Shown here: one piece after another, positions 1-11,496 of the stretch
Layout: every line of letters starts with the position of its first letter
How positions within the stretch are numbered: the stretch's first letter is position 1
Assembly: GCF_041956535.1 (NCBI RefSeq)
Contig: NW_027192209.1
Span: forward strand, 136,092-200,091
Length of the DNA stretch: 64,000 nt
Source: Calcarisporiella thermophila CBS 279.70
Taxonomy: Eukaryota; Fungi; Calcarisporiellomycota
Direction of reading: 5' to 3'
Notes under the pieces: generated by a model
Databases searched by the model: none
Told to the model about the DNA's origin: nothing
Seen by the model: only the letters and a program-made list of their open reading frames with translations
Position numbers and translations under genes: made by a program

Positions 1-2295
1 GCGTTCGGGAGAATCTCGTCGAAAACAAGCTGCTTCTCTTCCGAGTTTGCCGTCTCGAGCTTCTGCTGGATGAAGCGGGAGCCATGCTGATCACCACTAA
101 ACTCAACCACGCACCCGAGGATATCCTAGAGGTTAAGGGAAATTCGGATAGGGTCAATCATACGGGATTTGCTTTCTCTCTCGGCTTGTTTTGTTCAGCC
201 TGAAAAATATTTACCCTGAGCTCGTACTTCTTATTCTTGCTATTTCTAAATTCCTCCAACAATGGGCTGCGCATTCCATGGCCAGAATCGGCGACCAGGT
301 CGTGTGGCAGACGGCGTCCAGCAGCGGCAGCCGCTACGGCCGCTGCTGCAGCGGGTAAATCCAGTGTCGACAGACCACTGAAATAATCCTGGGGAGGCTG
401 CTGAAGTCCTGGAACATGGGGTGCGTTGGAAATAGCATTGAGGCCTGGGTGGGGAGAGAGCATTTGTTCGCGAAGCAGAAGCTGCTGGCGTGCAAGAATT
501 TGCTGCTGTTGTTGCAGCAAAAGTTGCTGGGTTTGAAGGCGAAGCTTTTTCTCAGCAAGGGCAGCCCGGCTGGCCATAAGGGAACTAGCAGCGCCGAGCG
601 GGTAGACTTTACCGGCTGCTGCGGCCGCAGCAGCAGCCGAATTTTGCTCTAATAGGAGGCGCTGCTGTTCCGCAACAGCGGCAGCCATTGTGCGATAAGC
701 ATCTGTGCCCATCATGGGGAGTCCACCCGGGCTGAGTGCATACCGACTGCCACCGGGAGTAGTGGGGGGTAGATTTGGATAAGGGGTTGGAACGGTGCCT
801 CCAGGAGTAACTAACCCTGCCCTAGTCCCCTCATCCCATATACCTAGGCCATCTGAAGATGCGTTGAAAAAAGAAAGACTTGATTAGTTCCCCAATATTC
901 ACGGAAAAGCATTTCAGCGCAAAGAAATAGGTACCAAACTGTCCACCGGCGGTAGTGGCAGAGCCCATACCTCCTCGAGTGTCGTTTAGCAACGCAGATT
1001 GCATGGTCTGAATTTTCAGGGCCTGTTGCTGCATTTGCTGCGACTGCTGGTGCTGGATCAATCTGGCGCGGTGCAAGGCCTCAAGTTCATCGCGCTCATT
1101 CATGCTGAGTCCTGTAATGCCCATCCCCCGCATTCCTGCAATCAGCTCATCCTGCGAGAGAGGTAGCCCCCCGGCAATATCGTTTGCCAGATCAATGGGG
1201 CTCCGCCCGTTGGTTTGCACAGGAGGGGTCGAATTGGCCCTCGGAGGCTGAGACATGGATGCGAGGCGTGGATTCGCAAACGTGGGGGAGCGGTCGCTAG
1301 ATAGAGAGCTAGCGGCCAACGAATCCCGCTCGCTAGCCTCGAGAGCGCCACTAAGCATCGACCGAATATGTGCATCTTCATCGGATGGGTTTGTCACGAC
1401 CGAGGCGCGATGACGATGCTGCTGCTGTTGTGCTAGTTGACCCTGCTGCTGCGCTTGACCCTGCTGCTGTTGCTGTTGCCCCTGTTGTTGCAGCTGCATT
1501 TGCTGCGCGAAAAGCGGAGAGGGTGTGCGTGGGAAATCTTCCTGGATCAAATCCACCAAATTTCGCCTCCGATTCAGAGTGGACTCGGACGACTGCTTCC
1601 AACCTCCGGCCGGCTGAGAGGGAGTAGCCCCTGGAATCGAAGTCGATGTCTGGCTGAAAGCGTTCTCAAACGTGTTAACCTCCTCCAGCCCATCGCCCGA
1701 CCCCGTATACACAGCTGAAGCGGTCTTCGGCATATGTTCCAGAGTGCGCAATTTATCGACGGTAAGCCGGGAGCGTCCCCCGGCGCTTGCCGGATCGTGC
1801 AATGAGTTGACACGGTGCACAGACACTCCTCCGAGGCCACCACTTGCATTTCCAACTCCCCACAGAGGTTGCCAGGCGGGAGATAGCGCGTCCATCCCCT
1901 GCAATTGCTTCGGCGGGAGACCTGATGTGCTGCTAGGCAATTCCTCGGAAACGGAGGGGGTGTGAGCGCTATGCCAAGATGCGTCCATGCCAGAGGAAAG
2001 GTCTGGAGTATCGAAGGGCGGTTGCGAGTTGGGAGGAGCGCTGCCGGGACGATGGATACTTCTTACGGCGCCGGTAAAAGGGTCGTAGTCGAATTCGCTT
2101 TTTCCGCGAAGGAGTGCTGCAAGCTTCAGTGGATCAAACCAGAAAAAAAGAAATAAGCATTCTTCCACAAGTGGAATCGGTAAATATCCGTCTTCGCTGA
2201 TCACTTACTTTCCCTTGGGGCTGTTTCGTCGAGGCTTTGGGCTGGTAGATATCGGCACGAGGCTTCACGGCAAATTCGTCTGGGGAACGCTGCAT
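1..2295 (-). CDS. Pumilio/PUF-family RNA-binding protein (Puf3-like), multi-exon, 3' end beyond left window edge
   Basis: Long Q/A/S-rich N-terminus (ORFs 831..2204 and 158..715), then [19 protein letters not shown], an intron (about 127-214), and [41 protein letters not shown], which is the start of the Pumilio homology domain. Probable ATG at 2295 ([11 protein letters not shown]...) followed by a GTAAGT donor. Confidence 0.92.
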
Positions 2296-2603
2296 TATCG
2301 AGAATACAATGAGAAGGAGGGGGTAAAAGAAGAAAATAAAAAGTGGTATGTAATAATATATATAAATCCGTTCCTTATGGTATATATAATATAGGGGGAG
2401 CTATGCACACTGAACTGAGGAGGAATAAAGAGGGAGAAAAGAAAAGAGAACAATAAAAAAGACTATCTTCTCTCTGTACAAATATACACCCGGTTGATTG
2501 CTCGAACTTTTTTATAATGAGTAAATACAAAGCTACAAAATATTTAAATTTTGGCTTTCAAAACACCACCATTAGTAATTTTGAGAGCACGTATAAAAAT
2601 AGA

Positions 2604-2631
2604 GATATATATGATATATATATATATATAA
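2604..2631. repeat. (TA)n microsatellite upstream of PUF gene
   Basis: gatatatatgatatatatatatatataa. Confidence 0.8.
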
Positions 2632-3484
2632 AATGGTACTCTGCCCTTTTCCTCGAAAAAAAGAGAAACGCGTGGGATGACGAAGAGATTAATGGAGGGG
2701 GTGCGCGGCCGGATGGACTAGAGATGGAGAAGTTTTACATAAAAAACAATCCACCATTGAACAATAAAAGTCAATCACGCAAGATGGATTTTCCTCCTCT
2801 CTCTATTTGTAAATTAAAGATGATGAAAACACCCTGATGAAGGAAAAGTGAGGAAGCCGAGAAAATGAGTGTAATGCTCACCGCAATAGTAGGAGAGGGG
2901 GAAGGAAGGAGGGGAGGAAGGAAAAGAGCGAGAGAAGAAGAGCCCAGGAGAAGAAAGCAGAAGAAAAAAATCTCGAGCGTGAGCTTACGGGCTAATAAAC
3001 AACGACCAGGATTGTGAACTGAATCCGAGTTGAGCAAAACGGCCTCGAAAAGGCAGCTGGCCGCATGCACCGCATTTACTTAGACACAAAATTCTTTTTT
3101 GCGCTTTGTGCTCTATTTTCCCGAAATTTATTCGCTCACCCGTTCCCACTACACAAGGCCGACGGGGGAAAGGGGAGCCGGGCAAACGCGGCAGCCCCCT
3201 GTTGCTTCTGCAGCCCTTGGCCGTGCATCCTAACGAGTCGCCCCTTTCCCCCGTAGCACTGCGGCTCCACCCTGCCCCTCTATTCCCAACTCACTGGAAA
3301 CGTCAGTGCGTTTAAGAAAATTCCCCCCATCGGTGTTACAAAGCACATGGAATCTTTTTTTCACGCTCACTCAACCATTAGGTTAAGAACACATGGAAAC
3401 TCTAACAATATACTGTGGAAATGGGGAGAGAAGCTTCTTGAACCATTTACATGAATAACATAAATTGTAATAGTTTAAGCATGG

Positions 3485-5476
3485 TTAACTGCCGACGAGA
3501 ACAACTACTTCGTCGCCCGTCTCCACGTCATAAAATTGCAATTGGCGCAATTCGTCGTCTAATTCTAGTACGAATTGGCCTTCTCGATCCGCCTGCAAGT
3601 TCATTTGTCGATTTTTCAGATGTTGAATACAGTAAAGCTTGCCCTGGCGTGCAAGCGGCACACCCAGGAGGCGCGGTATGATTTGGAGTCTAAGGTTACG
3701 CACCGTCAGCGTGGAAAGAAGCTTTCGATCAACCGCCTTAATTGGAGGGCCCTTCAGAGTCTCACGACTTGATATTGTTATCTCCACCAGCCGGTTTTTT
3801 AGCGTAGTGCTCGCCGCCTTTTTAGCCAACTCGTCGACCACTGGGACGCCATAGGCTATTTGATTATGAAGCCGAAAAAAAAGTCCCAAGTTATTCTTTA
3901 GTAAACCGCAAGGATAGGAGCCCTCTTCAACGGCCTGATGAGAATAGATTTATACCTTTACACAGCTCCGCATATCGCCACACTAGACTTTCGGGCTTAA
4001 CATTGGTACTGCTGGCACGCTCAACAACCCACTTGAGAAAGTACCGCTCCATGTCTTCCCGAGCTTGAGGAGTCAAACTGCTCCCATTCACGATCTCGAG
4101 GTTCGGGACGCGGCCCACTAACTGCACGTCCAGCATTTCGGCGCCAATCCCCTTGTACACGGGAAGCTTACGGGCACGCAAATCCCGCACCTGGAGCCAT
4201 TGTCCCACAGCATCGATATCGGACCAGTTTGTCAAGGGGAGTTCGCTGATGTTGAGGTATCTGAGACGAGGAAAAAACACCTCCCCTTGCTCGCTGTGAA
4301 ACTCGAGCTTATTTATAGGATTTGAATTTAGAGAAAGTTGCTCCAGACTGGGGAGCATAGATAAACGAAGTATTTCTCCAGAAGACTCGATGGCATTGTG
4401 TTCTAAATTAAGAAGTTTTAACCGCGAAAACCCTGTCACTTTTGGTGTGGCAGAGTCAGAGGAGAGATGATGGATTTGGTTGAATCCCAAGTGTAATGCT
4501 TCGAGAGCTGGAAGATGGGGTTCCAAGAGCTCCATCTGCGCCCATGATGTATACGTCTTATTAAGGGATAATGTTGTGAGTTTCGAGAATGCATTATGAA
4601 AGTTGGGCGGGGAAGACAAGGATTGAAGATGGTTAGAGCTGAAAGCAAAATGATCATAAATATTGGGGGGAGAGGTTAAGTAGCAACGAGATGAGAATAG
4701 TTAGCATGGAAACTATGTTCAGCCCAAGTTGATCGACCAACTTACTCTAATCTTAAAACCACTAGATTTAATAACTGTTTTGTAATGTTTGCGACCTCCT
4801 CCCAGTTCGAAAGTAGATTCCATGACAGGTCTAACTCAGTTATGTTCGGACAAGTTTCCAGAATCTCCCCAGGGTCGCCTGCAGTACTAACACGCATAAA
4901 ATCGAGGCCCACTAACCGCAATCGATCGAGTTGGCTGTAAAGAAGATGTCAGAGCAGTTGTGTTAAATAATAACCTATTTAAAGAACATTGATATGTGGG
5001 CATCTCGATCATACCTCATTTGGCGTCTAACACGATCGAATCCTACCGTTTCAATTGCATTCTCTCCGAATTTTCCTATCAATTTCACATCCACTTCCTG
5101 TGTGCTAGCTGAATCAGACACGTCAGAGTCCTGATATTTCTCGCGGAGTGCCTCGAGAAAAGGGCGACCGACTTGGATCTTTGGAGATGGCCGAATAAAA
5201 GATCCCCCTTTTGGATGTCTTGTAAATGTGAAAAATGATTAACATGATAATGCTCAATTCTCAGCAAAGAAGCAAAACGGTGGGAGTGTAACCTTACCTG
5301 CACGTAAAGTACCGTACTCCTTCCAGCGATCCGTCATGTTTCCCTCTTGAGGGATCATCCCATTCAACTCCAAGCCAGTCGCCGGAATGGGAGCCAACAG
5401 GGCCAATATAGCGCACAGTGGCCAAATACGTATCCAACTGGATGCGTGCGCCAACGGATAGGTTTTGAGGAGACAT
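3485..5476 (-). CDS. TBCE: Tubulin-specific chaperone E (TBCE/Pac2/Alp21): CAP-Gly + LRR + ubiquitin-like domain
   Basis: CAP-Gly motif TVRYIGPVGSHSGDWLGVEWDDPSRGKHDGSLEGVRYFTC; leucine-rich repeats (LEALHLGFNQI, LKLLNLEHNAI, LEQLSLNSNPI); C-terminal UBL ending LELDDELRQLQFYDVETGDEVVV; several GT-AG introns. Confidence 0.93.
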
Positions 5477-5827
5477 CACTATCCACCTATTGGTAATTCA
5501 TTAACGTCCCTTGAATGGAATAAAGAAAATCAAAATTTCATAAGCCGCAGTCTGACTATTAAGGTTAACTGAACTGTGCATTTGACCAACTCAAAATGAA
5601 AGATTATATTAGGGGTAAGTAGGATATAAACATTAACTAAGGTAAAGAAAAAATAAATGGAAACAACACATTTACATAAGACAAAACACGCAAACACATA
5701 TAAAATACTATGGATGATGCAAGCTCCTCCATCACACATACACGCGAGTGCTGGTAATAATAATACTACTTTAATGAGAGTAACTAATCCATTCGTTGCG
5801 TACTTGATTCTACTTAATTCTAAAGCC

Positions 5828-7153
5828 TCAACATTCTTGCATCGCGTTATTGTTTTCCTTTTCTTGCTCTACGGTTGGGGTGGGAGATGAGGGCGGTGGT
5901 GAAAAATCCAGCTCTTCACCTAAAATATCCTTGAGCACACCATGGAAATCCGAAGAGTCCATGGAGCCAAGTGAGCTTGGGCTACTTAGGCGATTCATGC
6001 GGGTCTTGAGAGATCGAAATGAAGAGTCGGGGGAATAGGCGAACCCATGCGTCACCACCACGCTTGATACGTTGTGGCGTTTCTCTACAATCTGAGGAAG
6101 TTGTGGATAGGTGGAAGAGATCGTCAGGCTTTTGACCTCCATTGGCCTATTGCAACGCGACTGTGGGGCATCCTGCTTTTCTTTCGGCTGAAGGAGTGGG
6201 AAGGTGTGCCGCGAGGGAAGAGGCGGGGGGAGGGCATCCTCTGGGATAGATACCGAGGGATGCTTTTCTTTTTTGCTCGGCATTGGCGGAGGAACAGTTA
6301 CGAGGTCATCGGGAGGAACATAGACGAAGGAGAAGTGATTTGTCGGGGTGTCGGCCCAGGGATACAGAGTCTCGGTAGGCTCCAACTGTGGCGAAGGTGG
6401 AGGCGGTGTGAAACCTGTGAATTGTTGTTCGTCTTCAACTGCCACTCCTATTGTTGAGGAAGCACTTTCTCGAGTGGCAGCCCCCTCGTTCTCAGGCTTT
6501 AGTGTCGATTTAGCCGATATCTTCCTTAATTTCTTGAACCTTCTGTGAAGAAACAGTCCCAAGATCAATCCGACTGTCACTAGCGAACCCACCATGATAC
6601 CTGCTGTTCTCGCTGCAGTATTAGTGTGATCTAGGTTCTGTCCCGTTACGGTTTGATCAACTCCTTCAGGGATAAGGTTATGGCTAGAGAGATGCGAGGA
6701 AGCTCCTATTGCATCTTGAGATGGTTTGTTAACGGATTCTCCAATAGGATCGACAGCAATGGAGGGTTGAGAAGGAAGGTAGGTGGGAGTGAATGCCCCA
6801 GGGATCGCACCAACTTGTGTCTGATCCGACGCGGGCAAGTTGGGGGCCGGCGAGAGAATTCCAGGGAAAGACGCGGGGTGGATGTTTAGAGACGGTTTTT
6901 CTAATTGTTTTGGAACGCCTCCTTTCGGCACGGGGTTATCATGGTGTTCTATTTCTTGCAGCCTTTCTTTATTCGCAGAGTGCCCAGTCATAGTAGTTCC
7001 ACGATGACCACGCCCTCCTTTGCCGTTTATATTCGCGTGAAATTTTACGCTCAGCTTGTCATTAACTTGTATGCCTGTACTGACGCGTTTCGCATTTCGT
7101 TTGGGAGAGTGGCGGTGGAATTTTCTGGCCTTGTGTCTATGCCGTAGGTGCAT
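5828..7153 (-). CDS. Hypothetical single-pass membrane protein with low-complexity ectodomain and Pro/Ser-rich tail
   Basis: About 440-aa uninterrupted ORF with one TM helix AGIMVGSLVTVGLILGLFL followed by basic HRRFKKLRK. First ATG at 7153 (MHLRHRHK); no evident signal peptide. Confidence 0.7.
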   Translation of the reverse strand: MHLRHRHKARKFHRHSPKRNAKRVSTGIQVNDKLSVKFHANINGKGGRGHRGTTMTGHSANKERLQEIEHHDNPVPKGGVPKQLEKPSLNIHPASFPGILSPAPNLPASDQTQVGAIPGAFTPTYLPSQPSIAVDPIGESVNKPSQDAIGASSHLSSHNLIPEGVDQTVTGQNLDHTNTAARTAGIMVGSLVTVGLILGLFLHRRFKKLRKISAKSTLKPENEGAATRESASSTIGVAVEDEQQFTGFTPPPPSPQLEPTETLYPWADTPTNHFSFVYVPPDDLVTVPPPMPSKKEKHPSVSIPEDALPPPLPSRHTFPLLQPKEKQDAPQSRCNRPMEVKSLTISSTYPQLPQIVEKRHNVSSVVVTHGFAYSPDSSFRSLKTRMNRLSSPSSLGSMDSSDFHGVLKDILGEELDFSPPPSSPTPTVEQEKENNNAMQEC

Positions 7154-8697
7154 TGTAGATGTATTGCTGTTCAAGAAAAAAGTATCGAGGGTAGGAAAGG
7201 GATATATGGATATGGAGCGATAAATGTGTTAAGGACAAGAATGAAAACGCGTAATATTTTGTGTATTATAGGCAATAAACAATGGACGGTGAGAACGGGA
7301 GAAGCCAGCTTCCGCTCTCAATACGCAAATACTGAAAGATAGAAAAAGAGAGAGAAAGAGAAGAGTAAAGGAGTGACAAATGAGAACAACAAGGAGTGGA
7401 AACACGTTGCAAAGGAAGGGTGTTGAGATGTTTTCAAAATATCGAAAAAAAAGTAAAGCAAAGAGAGCGGATGCTCCAACGGAAAACGCGAAATAATAAA
7501 TGGTATCACGAGGAAACTTTACGAAGAGTGAGAAAAAACGGTCCGAATTCATTTTCGACCAAATTGGCAATGGGATGACAGAGTTTATACTTGGAAATGC
7601 CAAACTAGATTGCGGCAATTAAACGGTGCATTGCGCGGTTAGCCAACTGCGCAACCAGGAGTTTACTGAGTGCATCGGCCTGCCTAGGAGAAATCAAAGC
7701 AACGCCATCCGCGTCATTTCCTATAATCGCCTAATAAGGGAAAAAAATTAGAATCTCTTAAGTAGATGACTTGCCACTCTGGTCTCCTAAATTAGAAAGT
7801 ATCGATTTTCCCTGAGCTGGGCCCATCCCAATTCTTTCACGTCACGTTGGGAGAAATACTATACAGATCTTCTTAATGGCGTGAATTGATCACATCGCAT
7901 TGCTGCAAGCATGGCCGGAGAGGCCTGCTAATGGCTCACGACACCTGCGTAAGATTTCCTTTTTCCTTTTCCTCAATTCTCCCTCTGTGGCCAAAAAGGA
8001 GCGGATTTTCCCGATCGGCCTCGTCCTGAAGAGCTGCTGCCGGCGTCCTATTACACTCTGGTTATTTTGAGGAAATCGTGAAAAGACAAGACGGTTAAAG
8101 AGAAGCGATCATGACCTATCTAGCGCGCCTTCTCATTTGCCTAGCAGGAGAGATAACCGTTTTGTGCTGCATACAAGATCGACACTTGCACAAAAGTCGG
8201 CGGCTCCCCATTAGGATATCTTAAAATCGTTACCTAGAACATAAACAAAACCGTTAAGCGTTCCCGGATTCATAGTTGCACCTTGTATATTGAGAGCTCG
8301 ATCTCAACGTTCCATGAAACGAGAGCGAATATCTTCAGATGTACCTCTGGTCCTCTTTTCCCGGCCCCTGCTGGTGGGCGAGAGTAACTGCACAACTGAG
8401 AAATAACCTGCTAAACTAGCGGAAAGCAATACAGTTGTACACTTTATACTCACAATAGGAAATAGAAAATCAAGCCAGCCGCGTTTAAGAATACAATACA
8501 AGAAACCAAGCTCACACATCCCTAGTGTTGCTCATGTTTATTTTGCACACTACATGATTTGCTCGAGAAAGAAAACTCTCGTATCGTATTGTTTTTATTA
8601 ATAAAAATCCCATCCAAAAGAAAATATCGGCCTAACTTTTTCTTCGTAAAGATGAAAATATATTTTTTCTGTTACATCTTTTGTCTCCTATGGATCG

Positions 8698-9612
8698 CTA
8701 CCATTTAGTTGCATCGATGATTTCCATATTCATCAACTCCTCAAGCTTGAACCTCTTGATGTCCACTTTGCGGTCCAGCGATTTTCCTAATCTTTCTCCT
8801 CGGTTGTTTGGAATTTTCCTGGCCTCGACCATCGTCTCAAACCCATTATACTCGTATTCCCCGTCATCTTTCTTTTCCTCCTTACCCTTGGCGTCCGTCG
8901 TATACACTACCTGGTACTCATACGAGAAAGGCACTCTGTATTTACTCTCGTTTGAAATCGTTTTCATTTCAAGCTTGTACCCCTGTGGAACCCTGACTTT
9001 TCTACTAATGGTTTGCTCCTTCGTCTTGGACGTGCTCCAACCGCTTTCTGTTGTAAAGGAATAATCCGTAGTCAATTCTGCTTTCCCCTTTCCCACAAAC
9101 GGAATTCTTCCCGTATCCCATCCTAGTTTGAGGGATACCTTGACCGCGTTCGTCACTTTCCCATTGGTAACATAGGTGTCCGAGATCTTGAAGGTCCATG
9201 TGTCCTCTGGGGCCGAACCGTCGCCGTCATCGAAAGTCACCTTGTTTCGTTCTAAAGGCGAGGTGCTCAACAGAACCTCAGCATTTGCGTTGAACTTCAA
9301 GCCTTTAATCAGGGCGGTAGCCGGCTTTGGGCAGCAGAGCGGCCTCGTACTGAGGATGCATTCGGGGTCACCGGGTCTGGTGCGTGCTCTGCAGGCTTCA
9401 TAGTATAGAGCTTCAGTGCATTCACCCGTACAGGAACCCCAAACGCAGATATCGACATTATAGCCGTTTGCTCTGGCGGTTGCCTCGCACTCTTCACCCT
9501 TGGTTAAATATGGTGGGGCTCGCGCCAGTAAACTAGGTGGATGAGTGGTATTGAGTGGGAAAGCTAAGGCGAAGCTCGCGAGTGTTGAGAGTAGGATTGC
9601 TTTTGACCACAT
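8698..9612 (-). CDS. Secreted aerolysin/ETX-MTX2 (natterin-like) beta-pore-forming protein with N-terminal 8-Cys domain
   Basis: Signal peptide MWSKAILLSTLASFALA; Cys-rich domain; then a Ser/Thr-rich alternating beta-hairpin KVTNAVKVSLKLGWDTGRIPFVGKGKAELTTDYSFTTESGWSTSKT, followed by RKVRVPQG, YRVPFSY and GEYEYNG, the order of elements typical of aerolysin-family pore modules. Intronless, with a TATAAA-like box just upstream. Confidence 0.78.
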   Translation of the reverse strand: MWSKAILLSTLASFALAFPLNTTHPPSLLARAPPYLTKGEECEATARANGYNVDICVWGSCTGECTEALYYEACRARTRPGDPECILSTRPLCCPKPATALIKGLKFNANAEVLLSTSPLERNKVTFDDGDGSAPEDTWTFKISDTYVTNGKVTNAVKVSLKLGWDTGRIPFVGKGKAELTTDYSFTTESGWSTSKTKEQTISRKVRVPQGYKLEMKTISNESKYRVPFSYEYQVVYTTDAKGKEEKKDDGEYEYNGFETMVEARKIPNNRGERLGKSLDRKVDIKRFKLEELMNMEIIDATKW

Positions 9613-11496
9613 TGTAAGGCAAAGGAGGTGGGCGATGTTGAAATCTCTGCTTTAACGTGTGGGTTTTATACTGACAGTGGAGGTTTGCTGTGTTGGAATT
9701 TGGATATTTGCGAGCACAAATGTGCATTGCCATTAAGAAATCGTACCAGGTATCGACTGTCTGAGACAGAGTGTGTGGTGCGATTATGGTGCGAGCATGT
9801 GTACGACAAGGATGTATCCCATTATGTGGGCTACCAACGGATTCAATAGACAGGCCTCCAACCTTATCCTCCGGATGATTAAATATCATACGAAGCAACA
9901 GAGAGCCCCAATAGATTCTGGCTTACGCCAATGAGATTCCCTAAGGCTAGTTTGGTGATAGGTGGTAAAACAGTTACGAGTACTTCAGGAATCATTATTA
10001 AAAATAAGGTATGACAAGTGGATATAAAGGGGGCAAAGAGAGTGCAGAAGAAGCTTATGGAGGTCGTCATGAGAGCCAATTAGATGGGTTAGGTCCAAAC
10101 TTTGATTGACATATTGTGTGCCAAGGAGCAAAGGATTTCTGTGAATCAATACAAGCTAGGTGGCAAAAGTCGGAGCCGTGACTAGAATAAAAAACATAAA
10201 CAGAGCCCTTGGCAATACAATGGTCGCGGATCAGTTAAAAGTATCGGGTTACCTCAGCCTCCCTCTAGCTTAGGCAGATCTCTATAACGTAAAGATCGGT
10301 ATATTCTTTGGATACTTTCACATGTTAATACGATATTGCCATTGCATACTAAGTATATTGATCCCGCCCTGTGGTTAGTTTCTCAATTGTAGGTTGTCAC
10401 TTGGAAAGTAACACTCTAAGTACCTCCTAGAACAGGAGTGGATGAAATGAAAACAGTTTTAATTAGTGGTGCACAGCCATGAGCTTAGCGTTCTAATGAA
10501 TGTTCTGTAGAACAAAGGATAGGATTCAAATCTCCTAATATACAGGTTTTGGTACTGCACTAATGTTGCAGAACTTAACTGTTATACAGTATTATGCAAA
10601 TAGGGAGGTAACAACCGACGAATTGAGTGCCTTTTGCTGGATGTTTGTTGGATGTATGGGAAAAAAATTGGTGAGCCGCCAAAGGCTACTTACTCAACTC
10701 CTCTCTACACAAACACCTTTATGCGTCTCGTAAAGCTGTACATGCAACAATAGGATCTGAATTTAATCAAAAGGAGCTGCAATGGGAACAATTTTGTCTC
10801 CCGTTCTCCAGCTTTTTATGATTGTACTTAATCTAATTATAAATACGCTCTCTGGCTACAGCTTGTAGCACGGATACATTACATGGCCGTATTTGGACTC
10901 TATGAGTAAACAAAATAATAGGGGAATAATAATAAGCATAACAATACGAAAGCAGTAAATAAGGCCGTTTTCCCGTGTACAAATCTAATTTAATCTAGGG
11001 ATTAAGATGGATTCAACTGAATCCTCTACTGTAGGATCGGAAGTTGCCTGGTAATCCTGAGAGGGAGTCTTGAAAGGTCCAACTTTAACTCTCAACTCAC
11101 ACCAATGTTTTCACTTGCGGGTTGTTCCGCCAATTCTTAGCAGCTTCCTTGGCGCGACCATTCCTCCGACTTATCTAGTCTTTTGTAGTTGTAACCGCAA
11201 TAAGATGAGTCTATGTTGTGCTTTACGGTATCATCCCGGATCAATAAAAAAAATGCAGATTACTATCTGTTAAACCCTGTTGTATAAACTAGTCCAATGA
11301 ACTAGCTCAGTTCCTTTCAGGCCAATCTAGTGGATCTTTTAAAAAAATATATTGCGGTAAAAGAAGAGGGCGTGATGTCAAACCAGAGATAGCCTTAAAA
11401 CAACGGAGAGCACACAAGAAATGTATAACACAAGTTGCAATTCATTAAACAAGAATGAAGATAGAAATTAGATATCGTAGAAATAAAACGGCATTT

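Noticed and set aside
10460-10545. tRNA/SINE-like A-box (TAGTGG) and B-box-like (GGATTCAAATCTC) pair
   Set aside because: No cloverleaf or acceptor stem can be formed and the B-box is imperfect.
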